Source: Schmidtea polychroa
Lineage: Eukaryota
Assembly: GCA_044892525.1 (NCBI GenBank)
Contig: CM097885.1
Span: 52,206,001-52,270,000, forward strand
Direction of reading: 5' to 3'
Length of the DNA stretch: 64,000 nt
Part shown: piece after piece, positions 39,640-54,511 of the stretch
Layout of the letters: every line of letters starts with the position of its first letter
Position numbering within the stretch: the stretch's first letter is position 1
The notes under the pieces: generated by a model
Database searches by the model: none
What the model saw: only the letters and a program-made list of their open reading frames with translations
Told to the model about the DNA's origin: nothing
Translations under genes and position numbers: made by a program

Positions 39640-42600
39640 CAATTAAATTTATGTGAATAATAAAATATATATTGTGAATTATTTGACTTAGTTAATTAAA
39701 ATGTGTTTTATCATTTAATTATTTATTTGTCCAATTAATTTAGATAATTCGTTTCAAGTAAGAAATATTATTTATCATGAAAAACTTTGCTTTGTTTTGA
39801 AAAATTAATGCCCATTTTATTTTAAATTAACACAGCTTTATTTTATGATAATTACTAATTAAAACTTTATTCAAATTGAAATATTATTGTTACAGTTTCC
39901 ACTCTTGTTAGAATTTATTAAATGTAAATGTAAAATAATAACAATAAAAAAAAAATAATAATAATAAATAATAAAAAAAAAATAAATAAATAAATTAAAA
40001 AAAAATTTAAAAAAAAAAAAATCAATTAAATAACGTAAGTAATTAAAATAAAAAACATAATAAAATAATTAATTATTAAATTTAAAAAAAAAAAATTAAA
40101 AAGCAGTAATTAAATAAATAAAAAAAAAATAAATAAATAAAATGATTCGATTGACCTATATTTGATCTGGACATTGGGATGACCTTGAAAGTGTCCTGGA
40201 GTCCTTACTACATACTACTTAATATATTAAAATAGTTAAATCACTATGATTGAGATTGTAAGTATTTTAGTTGTATGTATTTTTTTGTTATGTAATCTTT
40301 CTGCTCACAAGTCGCGATTTTCAGGGTCGCGGTATTGTTTTCGCGCGTTTTTTTAACAGCGCGGTTGTGGGCGCGCGGATATAAATGTATACCATTTAAT
40401 AATATTAATCTAAAACACTGATAAAATAATTAAAAGCTATAAAAAGTTATATAAATCGGAATAGTAAAATAACACATTTCAAATAATTTATATAATTTTT
40501 ATTTATTTCAAAAAATATTTTATTGTGTTATCTTTTCGCATAAAAGTGGCTGAGTTCGTGAATTCAATATTTTCTTTGGAAATATATATATATATAATTT
40601 TTATGAATTAATATTTTTAATTTGTTTAAATGAATTATAAAATATCGAAAATTTCTATTATGATTTGAAAAAATTATCATTGTAACAAAATAATATAATG
40701 TAAAATTATTTATCAAAATTTTTTGAATAAATATTTAAATTATAGATATAGCTGTGCAATGTTTTTCTCGGGCAATATCTTACGTACATTGTAAAAATTG
40801 AAATAATTATGTCTTTTTTAAGAAATATGTTAAGTGACTAAATTCCTTGAAATGCGAAAGAATTACAAAATTCATTTCTTAAGATTTACATGATGCATTT
40901 AATATTTGTCCACTAAGTGACTCAGGGTTTCAATTTTTTGTATTATTTTTTTTATTATTTTATTTTTAGTATTTTAATTATCAGCTTTCAACATGTTCGG
41001 TTGGGACACATTAGTAATCAATGAAAGTTTATATCAGATTCAACATATTCCATCTTTAAAATTGTACCTAAAGTTAAAGTTGGAATAAATTTTCATTTTT
41101 TGAATTCTCAACTCATTAACAGTTTTTTAAAATTTTATTCGTTTTCTTAATAATTATAAAAAAATAAAATTTTACATTTCGTATCAAACAAAAATGCAAA
41201 AATGCGTTTAAACTTTGTTTGTATTTATGATAATAAATGTAAAAAAATCTATTTATATAAATATGAAATAGTTGATTATAACAATTTAAGATATAATTAA
41301 ATCTACTGAAATTGACACTAGATTAGAATTAGAAAATGTATCTTTGAAATTTTAGAAAACTATTTTGCTTTATAAAACAAAATTCTGCAAATGGAGTCAC
41401 GCAGAGACGATCATTGTAAAAAGCAGACCGAACATATAACGAAAATATGGAATAAATAAAAATCAACAAACAAAAAAAATATGAAAAGCTTTTAGGAAAC
41501 GAAAATTTATTGTTTATTTTTACTATTCTATTTTTTTCGGATTCCAGATTAAATAATATTAGATTTATTAACCCTGTAAGTTGCAAGTATTACAATTTCT
41601 ATTAACATATATGTTAACACATTTTAGCAAAACTTCAAAATAACATACCTTTAATTTAAGAAAATATTTTCTAAGAAAGGTCTAAGAAAGGTCTAAGAAC
41701 AGTGACTAGAATATTAGCATATTTATCTACTTTTGAAATTTATTTATATCATAACACATTGAATATCATGAAATATAATTCTTTTCATTTTTATTTAGAA
41801 CTCGATAATGTTAAGGTGCTGTAAACTGTAAATCTTTATATTTATTGTTCCATCTGGCTCCTTTGTAGACTTTAATTTTATACATCATTTCTGTCTCATA
41901 TGAATTCTTTTCTCATATGAATTATTTTTTCTGCTTAACCTTCCATTTGCTATATAAAACTTTTCTTATACATAGATTACTCTTGATATTCGGAATTTAA
42001 CAAAAAATTTCTTTCTATGACAATAAATATTAAAATTACTTTAATATTTCCACTTAACAAAATAATATTTCGTGATATTTGTTCACAAAGTTAAATAATT
42101 TTTAAATAATTTTTCCTTTTATTCACTTTTGATCTGTTCATATTTATCTTCATTTAAATTTTCACTGTAAACTAATGCTTTTATTCTTATTTAATACAAA
42201 ACTTTGACACTATAAAAACTACAGTGCTGAAAATTAGTGCTAAATTGGAGTAACAATGATCTATTGTCAAAATCTAAATGAAACATTTTGAATAGCTGAA
42301 TTCGAAATAATGTTTCATCAATAATACTGCAAATAAAAATTAAAAAAAAATTTTATGTTATTATTTAAATGCAAGCATAATATTTTTTGTACTATTTAAA
42401 CTTTTCAGTTACTATAATAGTGCTTTAACCCATCTAATTTATTTTTAGGGCTTGTTGTTGTCTGCTTAATTAATTCAATGCGATGACACGTATTTAAGAC
42501 ATTAAAAGAGTAAATTAAAAAGGTTTTTAAATTCAAATTGGATTTTTCCAAATTCGTTTTTTCAACATAATGCATATGCGCAACATTATACAAACAATTA

Positions 42601-42750
42601 TCATTTAATAATGACGGATATATGAAACATGAATAGTTAACAGGTTAATTTATGATTTGATGTTTCAGTTGATATTTCATAGACATGATTTTTACTTTAA
42701 TTATTATTAATTTATTAATGCTAACAAAAACAATTTGTAAAAAAACATAC

Positions 42751-42820
42751 CTTTTGAAAACATTAGCAAATTGAGCATGTTTATCGTAAAATTGACCAAG
42801 TATAATAATGAATGTCGCAT
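42751..42820 (-). CDS. Probable first coding exon (signal peptide) of the L1-like gene
   Basis: ATG at 42820 gives MRHSLLYLVNFTINMLNLLMFSK+G|GTATGT, and phase 1 joins 31594 in frame (…FSKA-SFPP). An acceptor at 42838-39 implies an upstream non-coding exon. Confidence 0.7.
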
Positions 42821-43562
42821 TATCAACGCATAGCGATCTAAATAATAAAAAATATATTTTGTATTTAATTTTAAATAAAAAATATATTAATAAATTCTGA
42901 TATTCACATATTCTTTACATTATGTCGTGCAAAATTCATGGATGTTTTCCACTTAAATTTCAATTTTATTTCAATGAACAATTAATAAATAATTCATTTT
43001 AATACCTTCACATGCACCATTCATATTTAAAATCAAGAATTATTAAAACGTTTATTTTCAAAATGAATGAAAATAAAACTGATAAATAGTTAAATCTATG
43101 TATAAAATAACCAATTCTCTGGAATTATAAATTTGTTATAAATTTACAAATATCTAGGGTTATAAAATAAAGTGAAATAAAATATTTTACGTAGTTTGTT
43201 AAAAAAAAAAGTTTTAATTTAATTTTATTTTAAAAATATATCAAGAAAAATAATATATTAATGGTTTTGTTTCAATATATCATTAATACAGAAATTTATT
43301 TCTTACAATTATTAAATAATTTAAAAAATATGCAATACAGCGTCAGACAATTATTTATATTAATACGTTAAACAATGAATACTATAATTTTTATAAAATG
43401 CATACAATAAATTTACTAATATTTGAAGGTATTTAAATCGTAATTAACATTACAAAAAAATAAAAAACATAAATTATAATAAAAAACTATTTTTAACATA
43501 ATTGGATTATGGAAAATTATATGAAAATACAAATAAATAAAACATACGTAGATGTATACTGT

Positions 43563-44579
43563 CAAGTGGCGTCACTAGGGAGGTGCGGGGGTGCGTACCT
43601 CATCGGTGACTCCATCACAAGGGGTGACACCAAAATGCCAAATATTACTGTCTATGATTCTATGTCATTCCATGAAATTAGTATGGCCGCGGTGACGCAT
43701 ACTTTTTCCAGAGACCCACTTCGGCCTTCCTGTCCCAGTGATGCACTTGAAGAAGTTAATCTTACACAGTTGTTCCTTCAGACTAAGGTCATAACTCCTG
43801 ACAAGGTGGTGATAAAGCTAGAGAAGCTAAGACTTTTTATGTACGAGCTGCGTAATCATCTTGTGGAGTAGGCAATTGAACAAGCGCCTTGAAAATCAGA
43901 CCAATATAAAATGTCTGTATAGAGCAGACCCATGTTCAGAAGAGGATGACAGGTGAGAAGACAAGAGATGCTGGACTAACTCAAAAAGATCATATCAAGA
44001 ACATTTAAAGAAGTAGCAGCCATGTTTGAGGCTGTCCAAACCAAGAGTTTGATATCTGCCACTGTAGAAGAGTTACTTGTGTCTATTCCAAAATTTGCAC
44101 TTTTCTATGAGGAGTTATCAGAGGAAGAGCTTTATTAGAAATACCAACGCTGAGAAGGCATCTGAATGCAGCAGAGATTGATCTCGAAGAAGCCAAAGAC
44201 TGGTCAATACTTGACGTTCTGAAATTCATAGCTGAATGGGACATCCTATTATCTCTCCAATATCGCTTAGTGAGCCTACAACAATTTCTTACGATCTGTG
44301 TGTCTGTGGCATCATGTGTGAGAAGTTTTTCATAGCTAAAGTTTATAAATAACTATTTGCGATCTACCATGGGACAGTCAAGGCTTCCTGATCTTACAAT
44401 ATTATCAGTTGGAAGTGATTTAGCGAAAGGAGCTGATTTCGATGAAGTAATTAACAATTTTGCAGCTCTAAAGGCCAGGAAAGGAAATTCGGACTCTGAG
44501 GAGGTCTATGGAGGTGTCTTGAGGGGTATGACACCATTAATTACCAAACTGGGTGACACCAACCCTAGTGATGCCACGG
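43563..44579 (+). mobile_element. Internally deleted hAT element with C-terminal dimerisation domain remnant
   Basis: TIRs GTGGCGTCACTAGGG / CCCTAGTGATGCCAC; GGTGACACC subterminal repeats; peptide RSFS*LKFINNYLRSTMGQSRLPDLTILSV...FAALKARK. The TSD is degenerate. Confidence 0.85.
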
Positions 44580-47500
44580 TATTACCGTCTTTAAAAATTA
44601 TAAAACATCTCTATATGTTACCTTTGTACAAATTACATATAGAGATGTTTTATAATTATTCTATTGTCATAGTAAGTTTTTTAATATAATTCCATTTGAT
44701 ATTAAACTGGCGAAATAAATATGTGAAAAAAGTTTTCTTTAATAACACTATTTATAAATAGAAAGTTATACAACATTTATATGGAAGTTACCAAAGAGTC
44801 GTATACATAGTTCCTAAAATTTTAGTTGTTCAAATTCTGATAATAATGATATCAAGGATTTTATAAGGTTATAATAAATATTAATTTAAACAATAATTTT
44901 TTCATTTAAATTCTCTTTCAGCATTATTTTGCACTTTTAGTTATAAATCATTTGTAAGGTGATGTTAGTGTTAAATTTTTGTTGTTTAAATGTATCGAAA
45001 AGAATCATTCCTAGAGACCCTTGATAACTTTGCGGGTTCACCAGTTCAAACCCATGAAATTAACGTATTACTATTTTTTAAGATTTATATGACTTTTTAA
45101 ACGACGAAATTTTGTAAATTTTACAAATTCATTTACTAAAGAATAATTAAATAAATTATATTGTTTAATAGTTTTAATTAAAACAAATGAAAATTATATA
45201 TTTTTTTAAAAATAAAATATTATTCATTGAATTCCAGTTGAAATTATTCAATTAATATTATTCGGAGATTTCATTTCATTCGTTTAATATTTCTTTCAAC
45301 AGTTCCAAATCAAAGTTCGGAGTTAATTCAACACTAAAACCAATCTCAAATTATTTGACAGATCAAATGAAATAGAAATTTTGAAGTTTTTCAACATATA
45401 TCCAATACACTTTTGACAAAACAACAAATAATTTTCTATGGAAACTTTTTATCAAAATAATAATATAGTATTTTCAATTATTCAATTATTATTTTTCCCA
45501 GATGAAAATAGATCAGTAAATTTAATGCAGTTATATATTTAATTTTTAATTAATATTTTTCGAAATTAGAATAAAATTTTTAAAAAAAATCAACGAGAGA
45601 CTTTTTTTTATTAATGAAATAATGAAATTTCAATATTAGCTTGTTTTGTTTTATTTTCATATGGTTTTGTAATGGGCATTTTAAAAATTTTTTTATGAAA
45701 TTTTGGTTTAAAATTTATTTTGAAAATTATTTTTAAAATTTAAAATTTAATTTTATATAATATAAAATTTTAGAGAAGCAAATTTTTCAGAAATTTAATT
45801 AAGTTACGAATTTATCTTTTATTTTTAAAGGAAATCTTTTAATGAAATCTAACTTATTGTAAAATGATGGGATTGCTTAACCATTGCAAAGATAGTTTTT
45901 TTTGTTTTAATGTAATGGTTTTAATGGTTTATAATTTCAGAGAAAAACAAAGATTGACAAAAAAGGGATACTATTCTAAAAGGGATAAAATTCTTCTAAA
46001 CTTTTGCTATTTATTTATTCAATTACAAGAGAAGTTCATCATAAAAAATATTTTATATAAAAGTAAAATAAACATATTTTATTTAAATTTTTGAGTGTTT
46101 AAGTTGTTCGTCTCTCTGCTGCTATGTTTTTGAGCTTACTTAAATTAAATTCTTAAAACATGAAATATTGAATATGTAGATAAAGGTTTTGCTTAATTAT
46201 TTTATCCATTAAAATCTAAAACATAGTCACTGTAAAATGTTGGTAATTGTAGTAAATGTTGACTAAAATGTTGTTAATTATTCAATGAATAAGTTAAGGT
46301 ATTTAATAAAAAATATTTTATTTTCAATGAATTATTTCTATAATTTAAATTCAGACATCGACATTTTCAATAGAAAATAAAATACTTTTTCAAAATGCAA
46401 ATAATTTCAAAATCGTTTCGAAATATTTTTTTATTTTCATATAATTATCTCGACGCAATGAGCAATAATGATAGAATTAATATGATAATACAATTGCCAT
46501 TAGTAAGAGTCTCTAGATTTAAATTAAATTTCTTTTCTAATGAAATTTTGTTTGAAAGAAAGATTTATATATAAAAGATTAAATTTCATTTTAATAAAAT
46601 CCAAAGATAAAATGTGAAATTTTGGACACGTGTAGATTTTTGAATAAAAATTTATTTTTAATAAAATTTCTATTACTATTCAGTGGCACCGATTCTTTAT
46701 ATGCTCTTTGGGGGATACTGCAATTCCCTAATATTGGCTGATTGCTTCCATATATTAAAATAATACTTAAATGACAATAATTTATTTTGAATTTTTAATG
46801 GCCGTTGGAGAATTCTGAATTTTATTCAGATTGGGTAATACAAATATAAATATATTTCACCATCATTTAAACAAAATCTAATACCACAAATTATAGTAAA
46901 AGCTTAAATTTAAATCTTAAAAATTAACATTATTATTTTTTCAAAATAATTGTTTTATTAATGTTTGTATTCTTATATTCAAGTTTCACCTCTCTCACGT
47001 AACCTCTCTTTTGAATACAAAAATAAAAATTATTTTCTGAAACGTTTGAAAATATATAATATTACTAAAAATCAAAAATCAATATTGAACGGAGATATGT
47101 TTGAACGCCAAATGAAAATTTAATAAGGTGTTCACAGGGAAAGTTAATGCGAAAAAACAAATTAATTAAAATTATTTAATCGGTAATGGAAAGCCCGAGC
47201 CCATGGGAAACCAGAGCGCTGAAGGAAACTCGAAGCGCAGTGAGACCCGAGCCATCGGATAAAAGAGGAAATATTTTGAGTCCTAATCAAGGGTAAACAA
47301 ATTAAAACAATTAGCAAACCCTCAAATGTTTACTTAGGATTCCCAGGGAAAAAATGAATTGCAATTCTCTAGATAATTGGCCTCTCAAAAACAGTATAAA
47401 AAGATAGCTCAGAAATAAGCAAGCGGATAGCGGGTCAAAGAAGAAAAAGGGAAATCAGTTGATCAGAGATATTGAGCGAAAAGTGCAAATAGTGACAAAT

Positions 47501-48189
47501 TGTAATTTGATTGAAATTAAATAAAATTATTCTGTGTTGCTTGTCGATTTATTTGGTTGAATAAAAACACGAGGAGTCAAGGAGAGAACCGACTTTCAAA
47601 TAAAAACCCAAAATATCTGATTTTATTTATATATTTTATTTTCATTTTTAATGTAAATTATATCTAGGAAACAAAATTGCATTTTGAAAAGTAAAAGTTA
47701 GAATCAAGAAAATTTAGGAAATATGAATTATTTATCTAGTTAAGTGTCATAAATAAAATTCACTTAAAAAGACAAAAATTAAAACTTGAATTAAAAGAGC
47801 AGTCATTTGACTAGTAAAACATTTCACTGAGTTTGTTATACGTAAAGAAAGTATTTTATAAAAGGATAAATAAAGATATGATTATCAATATCATTGTTTT
47901 TATAAATCATGAAAAATCAAGGGCTATTTGAACAGTTTGGTTGTTTTAACTATGTAATTTTATTGGTATATTTTGTGTTTTTTTCCCTCAGATATTTATA
48001 AAATTATTTTGTTACTCGAGTATGAGTTATGAAAAGTGAAAAATCTTTACTCATGACATTGTGTCAAAAATTGTAAATGTAAAATTGGGTAAAATATGGT
48101 TGCTAATATCATTTTTTTCAAATTTGTTTTCTCAGATGATTTATACATAATAGATTTATTTTCTTGAAACACAATTTAACACGATAGTA

Positions 48190-48224
<35 letters not shown>

Positions 48225-51200
48225 TAATAATTATTATTATTACTATTATTTTTATTATTTTTATTTTACTTTTTTATTAATTTTCCTTTCATTTTTTTAC
48301 AATTTAAGAATTTTACGAATAAAAACTATCAATTAATTTGCAGACAACGACTGTAATTGTTTACCTGTTTCCTTTTTCAATGTCAAATCTTGAAAAATTG
48401 CTTACGTAATATTTACCATTGAACATTGAATATTATATATAAAGACATTTTAATGCATTTTTGTCTTTAAGATTAATGAAAAATTATAAATAATTAATAA
48501 GCTCTAAACCGTAACTTGCATTGTCGTAAAATCATTTCTATGAATAAAAGTAATTTGAATAAAGCGATTTTCTTTGTAAAACATATACAATTAAAATGAT
48601 GTAGTGATGTCTTTTTTTATTAATTCTTCGATTGAAATTTAAAACAAAAGTTACAGCGACAAATAAAAAAATAAGAAAAGCGATACCAAGGAAATCTTAA
48701 CAATGGAGAATGAATCAATTCAGGATTTTTACAGTTTTACATGACTTTAAATAACTTGTATAAAACATAAAGGGAAGTTTGATTTAACCGAATTAAGCGT
48801 CTAAATCATTATGTAATATTTGTGATTTCATAGAATTGTAAATATATTGAGAGTGTGGCAATTTTATTATGTTAATTAAATTAAAAAATCAATTAAAATC
48901 ATTACAATTATTAACCATCTGAATAAGAATTGCTTAAATGTATGTTGTTGATTGATTCTGTTTATTGAGTTCCTTATTGATATATTAGTAAATTACAAAA
49001 TTAACCAATTAGATTTATTATTATTATTTTAGTAGCGCAAATTAAACAATTAAATTAAACAAATAATAGGAAAACCAAAATATAGAATTTATAATGAGGA
49101 ATTTGGAATTTAAAATTTCTCAAATATTTTTAAAATATCTTTATAAAATCTTTTATAAACAATTTCAAACTCTAGAATTCAATATTTAATTTTTATTACT
49201 TTACATTCTTATAATTTTCAAAATTTTAAATTTAATTTAAATTTATTAAAAATAGTTAATGAATAAAATTATAAGCCGCTCGGAGCCATTTATTTGTTTT
49301 TACTGTACCATGACATTTTAAGTTGCGCAATCTAAAAAAAATCCAATTGTATCAAAATCCCTTTTGTCTTCTTTAGTATTATTATCTCACTATGGTATTT
49401 AATTATTTATACTTTTAAATTATAAAGTTAATGTAACCTTTAATGTTACATAGATAAGATCACAATTGAAAGATTGGGAATGAAAAAGAATAAATGTTGA
49501 AAATGTCAATCAGGATGATATTGATACAAATTAAAAAAGGTAGTATATGATAGTTTCATTAATAGAAACACTTTTTAATGAAGAGTTTTAATATATTAGT
49601 AAAGCATTATTTAACGTTTGAGTATTTTCGAAAATACTACCAGTTCAAATTAATTGATAAATTGTAAAAACAATTTAAAAGTTATTTTCATTTTTAAATA
49701 TATATATATAATGTATAAAATCTTACATTCTCAGTAAAACCCATTCTAAATTGTTCAAAAAAATAAATAAATATTTAAATTTACTGAAAAATATATAATA
49801 ATAATTATTATCTATTTATATTCGAAAGATTTTCATAAGTTTTATATTTTTTATATTTAAATGTTTTTGGAAATTTAGAAAAATGAAACAAAAATTTCTT
49901 TATTTTTTTTCCTTTATAAAACTTTGAATTATAAGTTTCCTTGTATGATTATATGTTTTCTAACTTATTAAACGTTGTTGAAAAATTAATAATTTATAAA
50001 AGAAATTATAAAATTTCATTAATATGTTTTCTCTCTTAGCAAATTGTTTTTTAATAGTGGATTAAAGTTTTTAATTTTAATTAATAAGAATTTAAATAAA
50101 TATTTGAAATGGAAGATAACAGACATTGCATTCATAATACGCAAAACTGATTATGACAACAGTTATTCCAATTTCAAAATTATTCCGAAAAAAACGTTTA
50201 TACTTTTCTTGCATACATGCAAGTCAAACTAAATAAATTAAAACAATTTATGCCATTATGTTAAAGATACTGTAGACAGAAAATTAAATTTAAAATGCTA
50301 TGATGAAAAATTTAATCCATTTTTGAAAATTATTTTGTGAAAAGATAATTTTAAATTTAACAGTAAAACCTTTTAACTTGAAAAAAAAGATAAAATTTAT
50401 TGGAATGCATTGGAAAAATGATTCAAATTGTATAATAAAATACACTTAATATGATAAATGATACATTTTCTAAGACAGAAAATGAGTAAGAAGAGTTTTA
50501 AGAACTTCAGCAATAATATTTGAGAGAATGATAGAAAGAATATAAACTAAAGATTTACCTTTTTAGTTGTCTTCAGCAAACATCGTTTTATTGACGTGTG
50601 TCTTTGTTTATTTGTTGTTATTATAAGTTGATTTAATAAATATAAGCAAGTTTTTATTCGATTTCATTAAAATTCCCAAAAAAATATTATATTCGATGAT
50701 TGTAAAATCAAGAAATCAAATTAAAATTGTTACTTATGATAATTATTATCGGGTTAAATATCAATTGCTAAAATATCTTATATAAAATTTATAAAATAAA
50801 TTCAGAAAATTTTGTGATTTCCTATGAATTCATCAGCTTGATTGCAAATGACTTTTTTGTCTTCGGTCTATTTGAAAAAAAATTAAAACTGTTTTAAAAT
50901 ATTTGAATATAGAAGAATTTGCTTTATAAATTGTTTTAATCCATAGAAGCATGATCTCTTGTTTTAATAATCAAGACTTAATTAAGTTCATTTTCTCGCC
51001 AAAAAATATTCATTGTTTTATTTCATGGTGTGACTTAGTCGGCTCCTTGATCAATTAAGCTGACAGTAATTAATTTTTTGATATTTACCAACTGATGAAC
51101 ACAATATTATCATTATTTTGTCACTATTTTAAATATATTTTATGTTGCGGATACTTTCACATAGAAAATAACATCTAATCTTTGTCTAGGTAATTGAAAT

Positions 51201-51899
51201 TTTTTGAGTTTAATTAAATTTAGAGTTTTAAATATTTTAAAATTTACATTTATAATAAACTTTCTGTATTACCGATTGAACAAATATTTCATTCTCAGCT
51301 TAACTTTAATTAAATATTAAAAATCTGAAATAAACTAATTTTAAAATACAGTATTGAATTACTCATAAAAAACTTTTCTAATTTATTGGACAATTACTCT
51401 GTATAAACCTATTGGGTTATTACTGTTAAAGTCGGTACTTATTATGACTCCTCGTGTTCTTGGTCTTAGTTATTGAGATAAAACCCAACACAAAGCACTT
51501 TATTAAATGTCAGCAAATTTTGATACATGTCTATTTCCCCCGGAATATGTCATTTTGATTTATTTTCAAATTTTTAATTAATTTTAGATTTTACTATTAT
51601 TTTTTTACTATTAATTTTAGATGTTACACATTCAAACTTATTTTGAGTTTTTTTATACGAACTCAAACAAATCAATATGATGTCAATATGATAATTTTAA
51701 AATTAAAAATATATTTTCAAGATATTTCAAAATCATTTTTAAACTGATTAGTTATTTCAATTTTCTACAACAACGTCTGACTTTGACAATTATTTCAGTC
51801 AACGATAGGCTTTGTCTCAGGGATGTGAGACTTTGGAAGTGTCTTTCTGTACAAAATGACAAAAAGCGGAAATTCAGTACCATTTTTGAGAACACTTAT

Positions 51900-53420
51900 A
51901 TTGTTAGTAAATTTTACCAATGAAAGGACATTCGAGGGGTGAGAACATTTATAATACATTCAGTATATACGCCAAGTCGATAAACATGCCTGTGAACAGG
52001 CTGCCTCTGATAACAACCAATGGGGCACCAGCAATGGTTGGTAAAAATAAAGGATTTATTGCTCTATGTGGGAAGAATGAATCACTTTAAAACTTTATAT
52101 CCTACTACTACAGTGGTTCTCAACCCGTGTTCCGCGGAACATCAGTGTTCTGCGATTACGCTTCCAGTGCTCCGCGAAAAAAATGACATTTTATCTTTAA
52201 ATTTGCATTTAAGATACATATCATCAAAAACCTCAATTAATTTTTTTATAAGATGATTCAATAAGAAAGCCGTTACACAGATATATAAACATACAAATAT
52301 AAAAGTGTTTTTATTGCTTGTTATTGTTGCGCGTGGTATTTTCTTTGCTTATAAGAAGGCATTGTTTACGTTTACGACAGATTTATAGTAATTTGTGATT
52401 GGTAACTCATTGTGGGCATTTTCTTTGTCAGTGTTCCGTGTAAAAAAATCATGTGAATGGTGTTCCGCACTTTTATATTCATTGAGAACCACTGTACTAC
52501 TGTATAATCCATCAGGAAGTTCTGTGTTGTAATATACTGCTATTTGATCACGATATGAAAATAGTTACAAAAATAATCAACTCTATTCGAGTAACTCCAT
52601 TACAACACCGACCTTTCAAGGCCCTGTTAGAAGATACTGAAGATAAAGAACACGATCTCATCCTGCATACTGAAGTACGTTTGCTCAGTAAAAGTAAAGT
52701 TCTTACAAGATTCGTGAAAATAATTGAAGCAATAAAAACATTTATAAACGATAAAAATTAAAATTATGATGAACTAACTGACTCTTGCTGGCTGGTGAAT
52801 TTAGATTTTCTCAGACACCATAGAAAAATTGAATTCTTTAAATTTGGAGTTCTATGGAAAAAACAAAAATATAGACAAAATGAAAAGCTCTCTTGTGAAT
52901 TTTCCACATATGAAGAAAATGCTAGGTAACAATAAATCCAGCGTGTCATTATTAATTAAGCACCTTCAAGTGCTTCAAAAGCATTTTGAAGAGAGATTTC
53001 TGCAGTTTACAAGTATTGTGCTTATTGTCTCCTTCTGTATCATTCCTTTACTTGCCAAATAAATGTAATAAAAATAACCGCATGTATTGCAAATCTTGTT
53101 CAAAGGATTGCAGAAGAACAACAGTTAGAAATTTCGGACATTAAGAATGATATTTTGCTAATATCCTTAATTTAAGATGACTTCTGAAACACAGTAGACA
53201 GAGAAAAGTTCCTATTTTTGAAAAAAGAGGCATATAAAATTAAATCATTTTTCGGTTCGACATATTTAGGCAAATCATTGTTTTCAAAAATCAATTTAAT
53301 AAAATCAAGATATAGATCTCGACTCCACCGATGAGCATCTTTATGATTGTTTGCTAACAGGATTATCGCCATACTCTCCTAATTGTGAGGCACTGGTCAA
53401 TGAAATGGAGTGCTAGATTG
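51900..53420 (+). pseudogene. Decayed hAT (Charlie/Buster/SPIN-type) transposase
   Basis: Fragments TTNGAPAMVGKNKG, CIIHQEVLC, LHTEVRLLSKSKVL and FGSTYLGKSLFSKINLIKSRYRSRL, with stops and frameshifts. Ends are approximate. Confidence 0.85.
52111..52494. mobile_element. hAT-Charlie-type MITE, 384 bp, nested in the hAT transposase
   Basis: TIRs CAGTGGTTCTCAA / TTGAGAACCACTG; 8-bp TSD TACTACTA / TACTACTG (7 of 8 match). Confidence 0.9.
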
Positions 53421-54120
53421 ATATTATATTTGTTATAAAAATTTTTTGGGTATGTGTTTACTTTGTATATCGTTTTTTATGTACGTTTCTTATTGTGCAT
53501 GTAATTTGAACCATAATTTTATTATTTTGAAATTATTTTTGTCTATTATTTATTAAGCTTGTCCAATTAAAAATATTCTTAGAAAAAATTGGTGGTGCCC
53601 GCCACATTGAACGGAAACTTCATCAAAATTTCCTATTTAATTATAGGGCAAATCTTTTTTTCAAAGCGGTAATAGTGCTTTTAAACTTTATTTTGATCTT
53701 GAATATATAGAATTATCACATAAAATTTATTTGCCTAATTTTAAAAATTAGAAATATTCCGACATTCAATTAAAAAACTAATTTTAGTTGGAATCAATCA
53801 CAGTCTTCTACTTTAGTGATTTAGATATAAAAAGTTTGTCTTTACACATACCGTAGAGTGCCGAATAGTATACCTCCCCAAATAGTGTACCAGTGGTATA
53901 CTATTTTTAAAAAAGTGCTAAATATTATATCATGGTACACTAATTGGATTTCAACATAAAACAAAAAAATTAATGATTTTGGCATCTAATTAGTGTACCA
54001 TGATATAATATTTAGCACTCTTTTATGCAATTAAAAAAAATTATTATGTTGATATTTCTTCGTCAAGTGGTTTGAATTTTAAATTTGAATTGGTTTGAAT
54101 CCAGTATAATATGGGTTTTT

Positions 54121-54267
54121 CCTTTGACTATATAAATATCGCCTGCTAGTTGTACCCTTTATTGCCAGCAGCACCCTGCTGGCGCCACTTATGTTGAACG
54201 ATTTTTATTTTAAAAATATATTAAAATGACAGATCGTTAGCAGTCCATCCATATATATAGTCAAAGG
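54121..54267. mobile_element. 147-bp MITE nested in the pogo 5' region
   Basis: TIRs CCTTTGACTATATA / TATATAGTCAAAGG, flanked by T-runs on both sides. Confidence 0.75.
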
Positions 54268-54511
54268 TTTTTTCATAAATTGATGTTGACATCTATGACC
54301 AATTATTAAAAACAAGCATCCTACAGAGCAATTTCTTGCAAATCAATGTCAGAATTGATTAATAAATATAACAATATAAAAATATAAAGTTTTGATTTTG
54401 TGTGTTTAAGCAAGTTGTTGTGGATCTTACCGATAAATTGGTAAATTTTATTTTGTGTAGCTATTTTTTAAAAATTAGATAGCTTATATAATTTTTAATT
54501 GCAGTTCGCCC

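Larger units (their letters stand above)
36760..40219. mobile_element. Non-autonomous mini-Polinton/Maverick, 3460 bp, with ~1-kb inverted arms
   Basis: Termini AGTAGTATGTAGTAAGGACTCCAG / CTGGAGTCCTTACTACATACTACT. Perfect 6-bp TSD TAATAT (36754-59 and 40220-25). Carries protein-primed polB sequence. Arms are 36760-37866 and 39253-40219. Confidence 0.95.

Noticed and set aside
40310..40390. CpG-rich patch beside the mini-Polinton as part of it or a promoter
   Set aside because: It lies outside the TSD and is probably a fragment of another repeat; no matching end was found.
46681..47480. CAGTGGCACCGATT hAT-like end and GC-richer patch at ~47190-47260
   Set aside because: No matching second TIR, TSD or coding remnant was identified.
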